The notes beneath the pieces are model-generated. The model saw only the letters and a program-made list of their open reading frames with translations, searched no databases and had not been told where the DNA came from. The position numbers and the translations under genes are program-made. A DNA stretch of 64,000 nt from a virus, in the IMG/VR virus record IMGVR_UViG_3300044825_002278, positions 39,910 through 103,909 of that record; one strand, written 5' to 3'. Shown in pieces: positions 50,801 to 59,045 of this stretch (position 1 is the first letter of the stretch; each line of letters opens with the position of its first letter).

Positions 50801-53800
50801 AAAACCAGCCCGAGAATCTTTGTCGCCAAGACCAACCCCAGTATACTTTGGCGCACCTAAGAATTCTTTTCTTTGCTCTTGTCTTTTTTTAGCCAAAGAT
50901 TGATTCAAAGCCTGCTGTTCAGTGGTTGTATTTCTTATAACCTGATTTAAAGCATCTTGAGAAGTCCATCCCGCTTTAACAAACATTCTATATCTAGCAA
51001 AAGAATCTTTAAGTTGTTGACCTTCCAAGCCCATAGCTTTGAACATTCCAGATGCATATACAGCATCTTTTTGAACTTGATTAAAATTTCCGGTTTGAAC
51101 TGTAACGCTACCAGCGGCTCTTGCTTCAGATGTTCCTGCTGTTTTTCTGGCATCAGATGCTTGTTGTTGTTCTAATCTTCTAGCAAGTTGTTCATTTGCA
51201 TCTTCGGTTCGACCAATCGCTTTATTGGCTGACTGCATCGATTTAGAAACAAGTTCTGTGTCATCGCTTACTTTATCAACATTTCTGGTAAATCCCTTCA
51301 AAGCCGCTTTAACAGCTTCAACATCTGTTAAACCACTCAATTGTCCGGTCAACTGCTCAAAAGCCGATGTGTTCTTAATTGCCGCTTGTTTAAGCATTGC
51401 AAATTCTTTGATGGATAATTGAGAAACTGCTCCAGTTCCTCCTCTAAGCTGATCAAGCTGTTGAGCTACGCCACCTTGGGCAAACTTTTGTACACCAACT
51501 ACACCACCACGGGCATAACCAGTAACACCGTGTTTGTTCATACGGTTGAGATTTGTATATCCAATACTTTGTGCAGCCGACTTGCTAACAACAAATTCTC
51601 CGGGAGTAAGCATTGCTGGAACAGTATCTGAACCAGATATACCTCCGCCAGAAGCGCGTTTAACAACTCTTTGCGCCCTTGAGCCTTTTGTGTTAAAGGC
51701 ATCCAGTGCCGGTTGTTTGCTACCGCCTTGAGTAAATATCATATTGGCAAGCGGAATACCAAATAACTGATTTAAATATTCCCCAACGCCATCGACACGG
51801 CGAGACTTGGTTATAATTTTTAAATTATTTGGATTGATTTGACCATTTTGAATAGCCGATTGCAACGTCTTTCCAAATTGTGTTAATGGAGAAGATTTAA
51901 TATCTTGTAGTCTGCCTGCACCAACAAAATACTTTTTCAATACTTCTTCTTTTGCTTTTTCTGTTTTAGCTTGAGCGTAGGCTTTATCACCAATTGTTCT
52001 AATTAATGTGCGGTCTACATCAAGAGCGCCGCCACCAGCTTTGATAATATCTTCGATATTTTTTGGATTTGGAAGAATCGCACCCTTGGCATTTTCTAAT
52101 ATATCATCAACCAATGGGTAATTACTTGGTTTTACACCAGTACCAGAACTGCCTTTATTAAATTTTTGTATTAAGCCGCCAAAATGTTTTTTATTTACAG
52201 TAGATTTGTCATTAACTGTTGGTCTATTTTGAAAATAAGATTCATATAAATCTGATGCTAATTGACTTTGTGTCTTTTTCTCAAATTCATTGGGAGCAAT
52301 GTTCGACCCGCCTGAAACTTTAGCGTCAACATAATTTATAGCTTGCAAAGCCCGAAACAGTTTTCCAGTTTTAACACCATTAGTAAAATCAAATGGCCTA
52401 TTCGATTCTTTAGCTTCAGCCGAGAGTGGCTGACCATTAAAAGCATCAACAACATCTTCAAATAAATTACCCTTTTGCGCTTGTGGTAATTGATATTGCG
52501 GCGAAAATTGAACCTCGTTTCCTTGTAGTCTTACTTCAGCCACTGCGCCAAATTTTTGTACTACAGAATTTATTAATTTTTTAGATTCTTCATTTACAAT
52601 ATTGTCAAATGCAAGTTTTTCTTGACTCCCAATACCTTCCGCTAATGTGGAATATGTTTTTTGTGTAAACCCAAGCTGTTTTTGAGCCACATCCTTTATA
52701 TCTTGAATAGACATTTTGCCACGAGATATTAATGTATCTCTAGCTCCGGCTTTTATATTTGTAGGAATTCCATAGATATCAACAATAGATTTTGAAGCTA
52801 ATGCACCAAAACCAGTTTTTTTATTTATTACGTCATTAAGAGATATTGTAACTTGCCCAGATTTTGGCTGTAGTGACTCATTTATTATATCTGGAACCGC
52901 AATTCCAACTGACGATTCCTTTGCTATACCACCAGCAGCATACCCATTAGCATTCATTTGCGCCAGTGTTCCAGCGCCCAATTTATTCACACTGCTTTTG
53001 CGAATCACAAACTCGCCCGGAGTTAGCATTGCCGGAACAGTGTCACGATTGCCACTTCCGGGAACCAAGCCACCACTCGCAAACTTGCTTGCACGAATAC
53101 CGCTTGGCGCACCAGCAAACCCTCGCAATATACCAATACCACTCGCCAATCCCTGACCAGCTTTTAACGCAAACAAAGTAGTAAGCAGCGGAAGCACCGG
53201 CTCTAAAGCTTTGCCAATATTGATGAATGCATCGGCAAGTTTTAACGCTCCGGTTATAATACTTCTAAACGAATCGCTACCAACTAAATTTGCAATAAAT
53301 TCATTGAATTTTTCTTTGGTTTTATTTATTTGAACTGCTAAAGCTTGTTGCGATGTTTGAGCATCAGCAGCAACCGAACCGCTTGCGCTTTGAGCAATAT
53401 TTAAAGCTTGCTGCGCAATAGTAAATTGATTGATAAGAGGAATAACTTTACCAATTTGACGATAACCGCCAAGTTCTTCGACTATTGCAGCAAATCTAAA
53501 ATCACGAGGGTCTAAAGACGACAACCCTTCGGACAATCTTTTAACAGCCTCAAAAGCTCCAACAAATTGTCCTTGTGAATTTCTAAGTTCGATACCTAAT
53601 TCTTTCAAAGCGTCCACGGTATCGCCGCGTTGTATACGTGTAAAAATAGTTCGCAAGCCAGTACCAATCGTTTCGGCACTTTCGCGTGTAGTGGCACGAA
53701 CACTTGTAAACAAAGAAATAAGCTCGTTTACGCTTCCGCCAGCATTTGAAAACACGCCGCCAACTTTGCGAATAACATCCACAAGGTCGGCAGATTCAAC

Positions 53801-54484
53801 TGCAAAAGCCTTAGAAACAGCATTGATAGAATCAAGGCTTTGTTCTAAAAATTTAACGTCTCCACCAGCTCTTGCAGCTTCGCCACGAAACTGATTGATA
53901 AGCGCAATCGCACCTTCGGTAGTAGACTGAAGATCGTCAAACGAAGCCGAAAGAGTTGTTTTAGCAAGAATATCAAGCGACTTTCTTGTTTTATCGGCAC
54001 TCAAACCGGCTTGCAACAATATGCGAGCAGTGCCAGCAAGTTCGGCAGAAGAAACACCCAACGAAGTTGATAGCTTACGGATTTCGTTTGACATAGCGCC
54101 AACTTCGCGCATTGTTTGACCAGTTGTTTGAGATATTTTTACCATCTCGTATTCAAAGTCAATCGCAGCACTAGTTGATTTCTTAAAAGCATTTACAAGC
54201 GAAAGCAAACTTCCAGTAGCAACTGTAATAACACTAAATCTACGAGCCGATTCGGCCAAACTACGATTAAAATCGCCCATAGAACCAGCGGCAGTTTTAG
54301 CATTTGCATTAAACGTAGCCATTTGCTGGTTAGCCTGAGCCAAAGATTTGGTGTTGGCTTGTACATTTAATTGTACATTGCCCAAAGGAGCAAGTTGTTT
54401 TTTAAGCTGAGAAACAACCTGATTTATATTGGATGAATTTGCTTGTAATTGTAACTGTGCAGTTAAGTTAAATCGCTGTGCCAT
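44870..54484 (-). CDS. Tail tape measure protein, 3204 aa, modular with internal cargo domains
   Basis: N-terminal TP901-type TMP core (AAIDFEYEM..ISQTTG, LLQAGL, ESAETIGTGLRTIFTRI), Ala/Gln-rich helices, Gly-rich hydrophobic segments, five PAMLTPGE repeats; follows tail tube and chaperones. Confidence 0.92.
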   Translation of the reverse strand: MAQRFNLTAQLQLQANSSNINQVVSQLKKQLAPLGNVQLNVQANTKSLAQANQQMATFNANAKTAAGSMGDFNRSLAESARRFSVITVATGSLLSLVNAFKKSTSAAIDFEYEMVKISQTTGQTMREVGAMSNEIRKLSTSLGVSSAELAGTARILLQAGLSADKTRKSLDILAKTTLSASFDDLQSTTEGAIALINQFRGEAARAGGDVKFLEQSLDSINAVSKAFAVESADLVDVIRKVGGVFSNAGGSVNELISLFTSVRATTRESAETIGTGLRTIFTRIQRGDTVDALKELGIELRNSQGQFVGAFEAVKRLSEGLSSLDPRDFRFAAIVEELGGYRQIGKVIPLINQFTIAQQALNIAQSASGSVAADAQTSQQALAVQINKTKEKFNEFIANLVGSDSFRSIITGALKLADAFINIGKALEPVLPLLTTLFALKAGQGLASGIGILRGFAGAPSGIRASKFASGGLVPGSGNRDTVPAMLTPGEFVIRKSSVNKLGAGTLAQMNANGYAAGGIAKESSVGIAVPDIINESLQPKSGQVTISLNDVINKKTGFGALASKSIVDIYGIPTNIKAGARDTLISRGKMSIQDIKDVAQKQLGFTQKTYSTLAEGIGSQEKLAFDNIVNEESKKLINSVVQKFGAVAEVRLQGNEVQFSPQYQLPQAQKGNLFEDVVDAFNGQPLSAEAKESNRPFDFTNGVKTGKLFRALQAINYVDAKVSGGSNIAPNEFEKKTQSQLASDLYESYFQNRPTVNDKSTVNKKHFGGLIQKFNKGSSGTGVKPSNYPLVDDILENAKGAILPNPKNIEDIIKAGGGALDVDRTLIRTIGDKAYAQAKTEKAKEEVLKKYFVGAGRLQDIKSSPLTQFGKTLQSAIQNGQINPNNLKIITKSRRVDGVGEYLNQLFGIPLANMIFTQGGSKQPALDAFNTKGSRAQRVVKRASGGGISGSDTVPAMLTPGEFVVSKSAAQSIGYTNLNRMNKHGVTGYARGGVVGVQKFAQGGVAQQLDQLRGGTGAVSQLSIKEFAMLKQAAIKNTSAFEQLTGQLSGLTDVEAVKAALKGFTRNVDKVSDDTELVSKSMQSANKAIGRTEDANEQLARRLEQQQASDARKTAGTSEARAAGSVTVQTGNFNQVQKDAVYASGMFKAMGLEGQQLKDSFARYRMFVKAGWTSQDALNQVIRNTTTEQQALNQSLAKKRQEQRKEFLGAPKYTGVGLGDKDSRAGFAQRGGEIAGSMQNFAFLGASVAAVTSQLGLFGDTTNKAIAETAGFTVGLVGIVGTLAQTLTSFGANSLAVQANTTSITQNTAAQKGAAAANALGLVVIAAVAAVSALKFLSSQNKESAEAISKDRDARLKSAAETGVSNFKPGELQAGLEQELEMRQRSAEQMSASSLKTVASFTAAGAGVGFLLGGPFGAAIGGAIGAAAGLGTALLDSESAVMEAAEARRREVEAIGKVYESYLQLSASSYKLSSTLNAIESTPGLSNQDKLERRMEAIATSSAGNDALRAGTLASNQLKTSAGRLGVTTEAASAMSPEEIAAAAKKNNPDLGEGDIADIQASVKASVATLKASADETARQIQETGKNLNDAAANLDLSGTTNAAQKTVAAYNQAIEAYVQSLERERDFKLSQVNSQDKNAVDAVNKESQIKINAAYAGRDATIKAKMAEAEANQRAVAAQIAMAEAARRTAVFLDSLADEKDTIKARSEALKDFTDTLSGGIVDLSTAIKPIRNIEEPSKITDAAKFSRQVQGVAQVSGSPEAQKAADELTNVAKLFEQANKSLIGKTFELEESIDAEKILKDIGLTPEALGGGELGKAIFQQIAVTLRDQKTPITPEVLDKILAPLAERAKDSASIINEIQSVQQEEINLRQQQIQAEQMLREEQLSAISKYNSAVSSGSEALARATGQSVAAVRARNELESRQRTLNAGQASRGGRFLNATDPAQLAREKKAAQARTIEIINEIARLKQLGNTVKDLDGQLSKLQAEQAQLANVTKDASAALEEIASSGAEIDRLTEALDKERQVREQAFSVLKEFVAGGDDARSAITSGAMGVLSAIQTGTTQNLSEEQRSQTFGLLDKLKDVMIAGTGLTGGQIANELVFRDAVRLGFPPDIAKELATQTTTEELILQELRTQTKLQAIAAKVPASNLNTQAGSLGFSKGGVVYRADGGSIQSKGTDTVPAMLTPGEYVVNARSAAKNMPLLKAINRSKGGSVIYRANGSNKKEDELIQKYPDLKPYSEWSDAERQFPGLRDLFIKMQYLNNAIESPELQNQSYLQTIADYYGNMFTGSGIIDNTESFPDVTRSKILSKIFGDGALKEQLRNSLMSYSELSDPNDFFSMIDRLPNPPQTSGKRMIGEAGRYKKLIDSGFVDILQPLTTKMFGIQKSNPDFEEVFAGVLLASKNISNDFKPKVLSRFNSEKEKRRLANLAVKKNKDQLAKYGVLNDEIKLDNNIRQNQKFKDAGAYKFSSSGLYVTEDLIRNYLLSIAPDADLGERYDNDPEMKTSREKAREKERRDQAARQVHNQIAAEKSRNERMAQQAEQAEESRKQKKAIEKENRMQELAKEAEDTRDVLYSSDGRKIKADILSASTSGVKITKVKRLDVPNQPAQSREFDVPWTDLLSNSRVRVVEKLNYPFEKWTDTQGILSSPFEGAVISADQDAVRLVTAMGELRKLPWDRLNDEDAKKAASSKQSKVSSSYRGPILRTENGVIGNQGAIYKAAGGTIFKPRGTDTVPAMLTPGEFVIRKSAVDKIGVSNLAAINNGNTSTVNKAMGGPIYRAAGGPVTPIGAATATTTGAGPLSGINLISGASYTSMMQRGIAALAQSGQLTKFAKDLNSSDKDIKDLIFLIRSGKFQSNRFLAAETKAVADFMNGMNSGAGAIFSEINASGSMLNPEATVETIENWVKKSLADITTLKAYKKIQYSGWGLLTEAALGTKGPIDTWEDVIASVQSYVATVKIPPGKTKTNTAVGFGADVSTKDQINARDAGMGLSTKERDAVERLRASGFYFSGGGLVYMQSGGRAKYFNEGGNPADTIPAMLTPGEFVMSPEAVNKFGVGYMKSLNKGQVPGFRRGGLVGGVNYLGDGGIPKSGGGFSFNFNGIQSIFDSFSGDFKSGLDNIITAFSSFGGIVGSLVSALSAGMNVVHQFSGDMTLAFNIQNGDVLKNQIAEAITPKLKEIITRELDARLDNINFKAGGS
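45329..53044 (-). repeat. Five dispersed DT(V/I)PAMLTPGE(F/Y)V coding repeats (~53006, 51590, 47903, 46238, 45329)
   Basis: Read directly from the translation; codons differ between copies. Confidence 0.9.
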
Positions 54485-54511
54485 CGTTTTACCTTCTTAG
54501 TATTAAAATAT

Positions 54512-54529
54512 GTGGGGCCGAAGCCCCAC
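54512..54529 (-). terminator. GC-rich UUCG hairpin upstream of the TMP gene
   Basis: Minus strand GTGGGGC-TTCG-GCCCCAC followed by ATATTTT. Confidence 0.55.
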
Positions 54530-54555
54530 TACTTTCCACACTTTAAAATACACAA

Positions 54556-55539
54556 TTATTCGCTCGCAGCGTCGTTTTCAGCCAAAACCTTTTTCTTAGT
54601 TTTCTTGGTTTTTTCTTCGCCAACACTACCTTCTGCCACAAGATTTTCTTCTTTTTCAAAATCTTCCTTTTTGGCAGTAACAATAGGGTTGCCATTGTCA
54701 TCCAAAAACGGCTTGCGAACAGCTTTGTCCTTTGTAACCCAGCTTTCCTCGCCATCTTCGTCAACAATTTTGATCACTTCTTGACCGTCCTTGTTTACAT
54801 AATAACGATCATTTGGATCTTTGTTGAGTTCGCCTTCGGGCGTGCGATATGCGACAAAACGTCCATCATCATCGATGAGTCTGCCTTCAATATCAACAGT
54901 ATGACCCTTTTCGTTGATGAGCGACAATTCTTCGTTTACAAATTCAAACTCACGCAAAAACTTATTCTCGGTAAGTTTATTGTCATAATCTGGATCAAGC
55001 CCATAAATAATGCTTGCAAGCTCAGAAGAAGCCTTTACAACCCAAGGCTGATCGCCACTAGCGTCAAAGTCCTTTTGGGTTTGAAAGTATGGCTGATTTG
55101 TGTTTGGATTGACCATGCAAAGTCTAACCAGTTCGGTAAATCGCGCATTGTCGGCTTGGCCCTCAACCGTGTTTTGATCGAGAATATTTCTTTCTGCAAT
55201 AAATTCACGAAATTGAAAACGAAGTCGTCGCAAATCCAAAGCAATTTGTTTTGCTTCCGATAGTTTGATGCCACCGCTCTTCAGGACTTGTTCTTTTTCC
55301 TGAATTTCGTTTATATATCTGTCGTTCTTTTCTTGCTTTTCTTTGTTCCAAATTCCCTGTTCGGTCATGTAGTCAGAAAGTTTTTGTCGCAGCAAAGCTC
55401 CAGAGTCAAGCGCTTTTCTAAAAGCCTTGTTGTATTCGATTTGTGAATCACGATACTCTTGAGGTCCGGGAGTTTTCAGCTTGATACGAACATTGTTTCC
55501 GTCTTTGTCTATTGACTCGATAATTTTTTCTTTATCCAT
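54556..55539 (-). CDS. Probable tail assembly chaperone
   Basis: Directly upstream of the TMP; AAGGAG RBS before ATG 55539; charged and helical. Confidence 0.6.
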   Translation of the reverse strand: MDKEKIIESIDKDGNNVRIKLKTPGPQEYRDSQIEYNKAFRKALDSGALLRQKLSDYMTEQGIWNKEKQEKNDRYINEIQEKEQVLKSGGIKLSEAKQIALDLRRLRFQFREFIAERNILDQNTVEGQADNARFTELVRLCMVNPNTNQPYFQTQKDFDASGDQPWVVKASSELASIIYGLDPDYDNKLTENKFLREFEFVNEELSLINEKGHTVDIEGRLIDDDGRFVAYRTPEGELNKDPNDRYYVNKDGQEVIKIVDEDGEESWVTKDKAVRKPFLDDNGNPIVTAKKEDFEKEENLVAEGSVGEEKTKKTKKKVLAENDAASE

Positions 55540-55921
55540 CTTGGTTATCTCCTTGGTTGGAATCATTACTTACTGGTAAATTAATCTGATATCTTTTCTT
55601 CTGAACTTCATACCCCGAAAATTCTGCTTCTAAATTTCTAATCTGCGTGTTGCCACGATCCAGAATTGTAGCGCGAATTTCATCGTATATGTCCTTCATT
55701 TGTTTTTGTTCTGTTGTTAGCTCTTCTTCGTTTTCAAAACACCAAAGAAAGCCAAACCTCTTTTCGATTGTATCCAAAGCGCCAATCATAGTTGTTTGTA
55801 TTTTCTTTTTACAAGATTTAAACAACGAATCCTTGGATACTTCCCTCCTCCTTTCTTCACGAATGTTTTTTAAGTTTATTGACTTCTTGAGAAAATTGTT
55901 GTAATCTTTATCATCCGACAT
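55532..55921 (-). CDS. Hypothetical protein (tail assembly region)
   Basis: Operonic ORF. Confidence 0.65.
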   Translation of the reverse strand: MSDDKDYNNFLKKSINLKNIREERRREVSKDSLFKSCKKKIQTTMIGALDTIEKRFGFLWCFENEEELTTEQKQMKDIYDEIRATILDRGNTQIRNLEAEFSGYEVQKKRYQINLPVSNDSNQGDNQDG

Positions 55922-55922
55922 A

Positions 55923-56975
55923 TTATCTTCCTTTTGACTTTATTGCGCTTCTGGCAGTATTAACTGCATTTAACATTCTTTCTTGCTTAACATCTGGCAA
56001 TTCTTTATGATTCAACAAACCAGAAGTGCTTTTAATTTCTTCTTGGCGTTGCTTGATAATCGTCCTAACTGCATCATTATTTAGAGAGTAAACATCCTGT
56101 GCTTCTTCTTGCGAGTTTGCCATAACAAATATTTCTTGAGAGTTTTTAATTTTTGGATTGCTAATCAAATCCTCGGTTTGTTGCTTTATCTTGTCTTTTT
56201 CATGTTTTCTGCGTTGTTCAATAAACCATCCATCAAGACAATCATCGTCGTCAATAACTTCTTCTTTGGGTGATTCTGGATTTTCATAAACGCTATCATA
56301 CATTTGAGAATATGAAATCAAAGCAAGTTGATTTTGATCAAGATAAACAGACGATTTACCAAAAACATCGCCGCGTTTTTTCGAGCTATTCCACATTTGT
56401 CGCCAAGGCGAAGTTCTAGCTATTTTACGAAATGTTGTTGGATCTATTGCAGAGGCTGAATATTCCTCAAGAATGGTTTGGATATTAACATCTAAAAAAT
56501 CGTAATTTTTACCATCGATTGTTTTTGTGGTTTGTTGTAAGATCCAAGCTCTGCGAGTGAAATTAGCGACTCCAGAGCATGTAATATGATCAAATTGTTT
56601 TTTCTTATGTGCGGTTATGGCTCGATCCATTTCGGTCATCCTTATCAGTCTTTTTATACCCGACAATTCCTTCTTTTTAAAAAATGCCTTGTAAGCATTT
56701 ACCTTTAATTCTTCTAACTTTTTATCCATTGCTTCGACTTCTTTGTCATCAAACGGAGTCCACATATCATAATCTATCAATAGACTCAAAACTTCTTGTT
56801 CGGTATAACAACCAGAAAAATAAGCTCTTTTATATGCCTGATCGTATATTTCAAAAGATTCTTCGAGTATCTCGGCAGATGGCTCGTGTATAAACAAAAC
56901 AAGGTCGCCCAGCCGAATGCGTAGGCGACCCTGAATTATTCTATTTAAAATCTTTTCGTAGTAAATTTCATCCAA
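55923..56975 (-). CDS. Probable tail assembly chaperone
   Basis: Follows the tail tube; YDSVYENPESP..EVIDDDDCLDGWF. Confidence 0.55.
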   Translation of the reverse strand: MDEIYYEKILNRIIQGRLRIRLGDLVLFIHEPSAEILEESFEIYDQAYKRAYFSGCYTEQEVLSLLIDYDMWTPFDDKEVEAMDKKLEELKVNAYKAFFKKKELSGIKRLIRMTEMDRAITAHKKKQFDHITCSGVANFTRRAWILQQTTKTIDGKNYDFLDVNIQTILEEYSASAIDPTTFRKIARTSPWRQMWNSSKKRGDVFGKSSVYLDQNQLALISYSQMYDSVYENPESPKEEVIDDDDCLDGWFIEQRRKHEKDKIKQQTEDLISNPKIKNSQEIFVMANSQEEAQDVYSLNNDAVRTIIKQRQEEIKSTSGLLNHKELPDVKQERMLNAVNTARSAIKSKGR

Positions 56976-56998
56976 ATCCTAGTCCTTAATCTAATTTA

Positions 56999-57997
56999 CT
57001 AAGCTCCGCCATCCAGCACTGTCAAGTTATTGTAGTTGCTGAACGAGTAAGTAACTGTAGCATTTCCGCCACCAGTGTCGCCACCGGAGTAAGAAATAGC
57101 AGTCAGTTTATTTTTGTTTCCTAAATTAATAACAGTACCGGCAGTATCGCGAAGAACTATAGAATCGCCAGCTCCCAAGTTCTTGTTGCTTCCAGAAACG
57201 CTCTTGAGATCACCCGAAGTCGCAATAACTTCAAATTCACAAGTAACTTCGATTGGGAAAGAAGTAAATTTGGCATAAGGTCCAAGACGACCAAGTTCAA
57301 GAATATTTTCCTGACCAAAATCAGCACTGACGCTGATACTTTGAATATGCGTACTATTGGCAAGATCGCCGCGTTGCGAATTAACGATTTCTGGAATAGT
57401 AGATCCAGCAACATTAAAGTTGACACGACGAACAACACCCGAAGCAGGAGTGTCTGTATTGAAACCAGTTGCCAAAGGACTGCCGCCAGCAACCCAACGA
57501 GCATAAGCCGTTGCTGGACCGCCGGTATCAGCATTCCAAAACTTATCGTTGCCAACAAGCGTAACCGATTCAGTGGCATTTCCATCAACCGAATAGTTGT
57601 ACGAAACATTGCTGACATACATACCGGAATTCCAGCAAACATTTCTTACTGCGCCGGTAGCATTTGCTGTGCCGTCGTCATAAATAGCAACATAAACATC
57701 GCAACGGGCTTTTGCAGCGCCAACCAAGTCGGTCTTGCACTTTCCATTGCTTGTTAGATTGAAAATGAGCTTTTCGCCGTCGATAACCTTTTCAAGGCTA
57801 ACTTCGGTGTCGCTAACATCTTCGATATTTTCATAAAGTTCAAGCTGACCGATTTCAAAAACCTGATCAAGTGTGAACGTAGAATTCATACCAACGCTTT
57901 GCAAACCACGCACAATATGCGTTGAGGCAGGATCTACACCGGTCGGTGTAATTGCCACTGCTTGGCAAGCGTAAAAAATTCTGTCATTTCTTGGCAT
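56999..57997 (-). CDS. Major tail (tube) protein
   Basis: Position between terminator and chaperones/TMP; GLQSVG, DQVFEIGQ, ENILELG; AGGAG RBS and promoter motif upstream. Confidence 0.75.
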   Translation of the reverse strand: MPRNDRIFYACQAVAITPTGVDPASTHIVRGLQSVGMNSTFTLDQVFEIGQLELYENIEDVSDTEVSLEKVIDGEKLIFNLTSNGKCKTDLVGAAKARCDVYVAIYDDGTANATGAVRNVCWNSGMYVSNVSYNYSVDGNATESVTLVGNDKFWNADTGGPATAYARWVAGGSPLATGFNTDTPASGVVRRVNFNVAGSTIPEIVNSQRGDLANSTHIQSISVSADFGQENILELGRLGPYAKFTSFPIEVTCEFEVIATSGDLKSVSGSNKNLGAGDSIVLRDTAGTVINLGNKNKLTAISYSGGDTGGGNATVTYSFSNYNNLTVLDGGA

Positions 57998-58039
57998 TTA
58001 AAATTCTCCTATAGAATTTAGTCCTCTGGTAAGGCACTA

Positions 58040-58050
58040 TTGTATACACA
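58040..58050 (-). promoter_or_regulatory. Promoter-like motif TGTGTATACAA
   Basis: In the gap upstream of the tail tube gene; identical 11-mer at 60974-60984. Confidence 0.55.
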
Positions 58051-58058
58051 AAAATCGA

Positions 58059-59045
58059 TTAAACTGGGCCAACTTCCGTTGAACAACGCGCAACACCCAT
58101 ATAAAGATCAACAGAAAGTTGAGTTATATTTTCACCACGAGTATTGTAAACCCAACATTTTCTGTATGGATAATTGTCCACTAAATGAGGGTAAAGACCA
58201 CTAGCCTGAGCATGGCCTCGCAATTCTCGTTCTTTTCCATTTTCAAATGTGAATGGAGAAACACCGCTTTGAGCCACTTTTGTACTGTCAAAAAGGGTTA
58301 AAGTTCGATCATTTTGGGCAACAATAGTATCAATCAAATTGACAGCTTCCCAATGGTTTTCAGTCATAACATAAAATAGAATGTCGCTGTTGACCCATTG
58401 ACCACCGCCCAACTGGTAGGGTTTTGTTTGTCGGGCAGGAACAACCTCAACAGCTATCGCTGGCAGTTGAACGCGCGTTTCGCCCAAACGAACCCAACCA
58501 CCAGAACCCTGAACTTGAAAATTAGCTTCGTTTCTAAAAGAATTTTGCTGTAATTGCCGAAACCAAGAAACACCTTCGGCTGGTATAGTTTGCACTCGTT
58601 TGTGGCTATATTCTAGCTGAACATTGCTGGTTGTTGCCTGAGCCGAATCAAAAACAACGCGACCCAATTGATAGTCTATATAAAACGGTTTTGTAACATT
58701 GCCAGTGGCATAAAATGTGCCGTTAACATAAACACCAGAAATATTTATTGGTTGCTGATTAACGCCATCGATATTGCCGCTGCCTTCCCAAACCCAATTT
58801 TGACGATAACCCTCCCAAACTCGACCAGCAGTATAATTCGGCGCATCAACCAATCTTAGTTTATGACGGTCGCCACCATAAATACCGCTTTGAGGAATCG
58901 ATATTGTGTAAAACCCGCCTTTATCAAGCAAGCCCCAATCATAAAAATTAACAAAATTATCCAACAAAACTTCCGACAAAGTTGCATCTGTGGCTTTTTC
59001 CAAACCTCCAGCAAGATTTAATTTTGTATGCGATCCTCCGGGCAT
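58059..59045 (-). CDS. Tail terminator/completion-like protein
   Basis: Upstream of the tail tube; IDY..GRVVFD, QLPAIAVE, PYQLGG. Confidence 0.6.
   Translation of the reverse strand: MPGGSHTKLNLAGGLEKATDATLSEVLLDNFVNFYDWGLLDKGGFYTISIPQSGIYGGDRHKLRLVDAPNYTAGRVWEGYRQNWVWEGSGNIDGVNQQPINISGVYVNGTFYATGNVTKPFYIDYQLGRVVFDSAQATTSNVQLEYSHKRVQTIPAEGVSWFRQLQQNSFRNEANFQVQGSGGWVRLGETRVQLPAIAVEVVPARQTKPYQLGGGQWVNSDILFYVMTENHWEAVNLIDTIVAQNDRTLTLFDSTKVAQSGVSPFTFENGKERELRGHAQASGLYPHLVDNYPYRKCWVYNTRGENITQLSVDLYMGVARCSTEVGPV

Noticed and set aside
45329-53044. TMP repeats as diversity-generating retroelement TR/VR pairs or a DNA repeat array
   Set aside because: Copies differ mainly at synonymous positions rather than at adenines, and there is no reverse transcriptase; conservation is at the protein level.
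54556-56975. Programmed frameshift between tail chaperones
   Set aside because: Each of the three ORFs has its own start and stop, and I found no convincing slippery site near the relevant ends.
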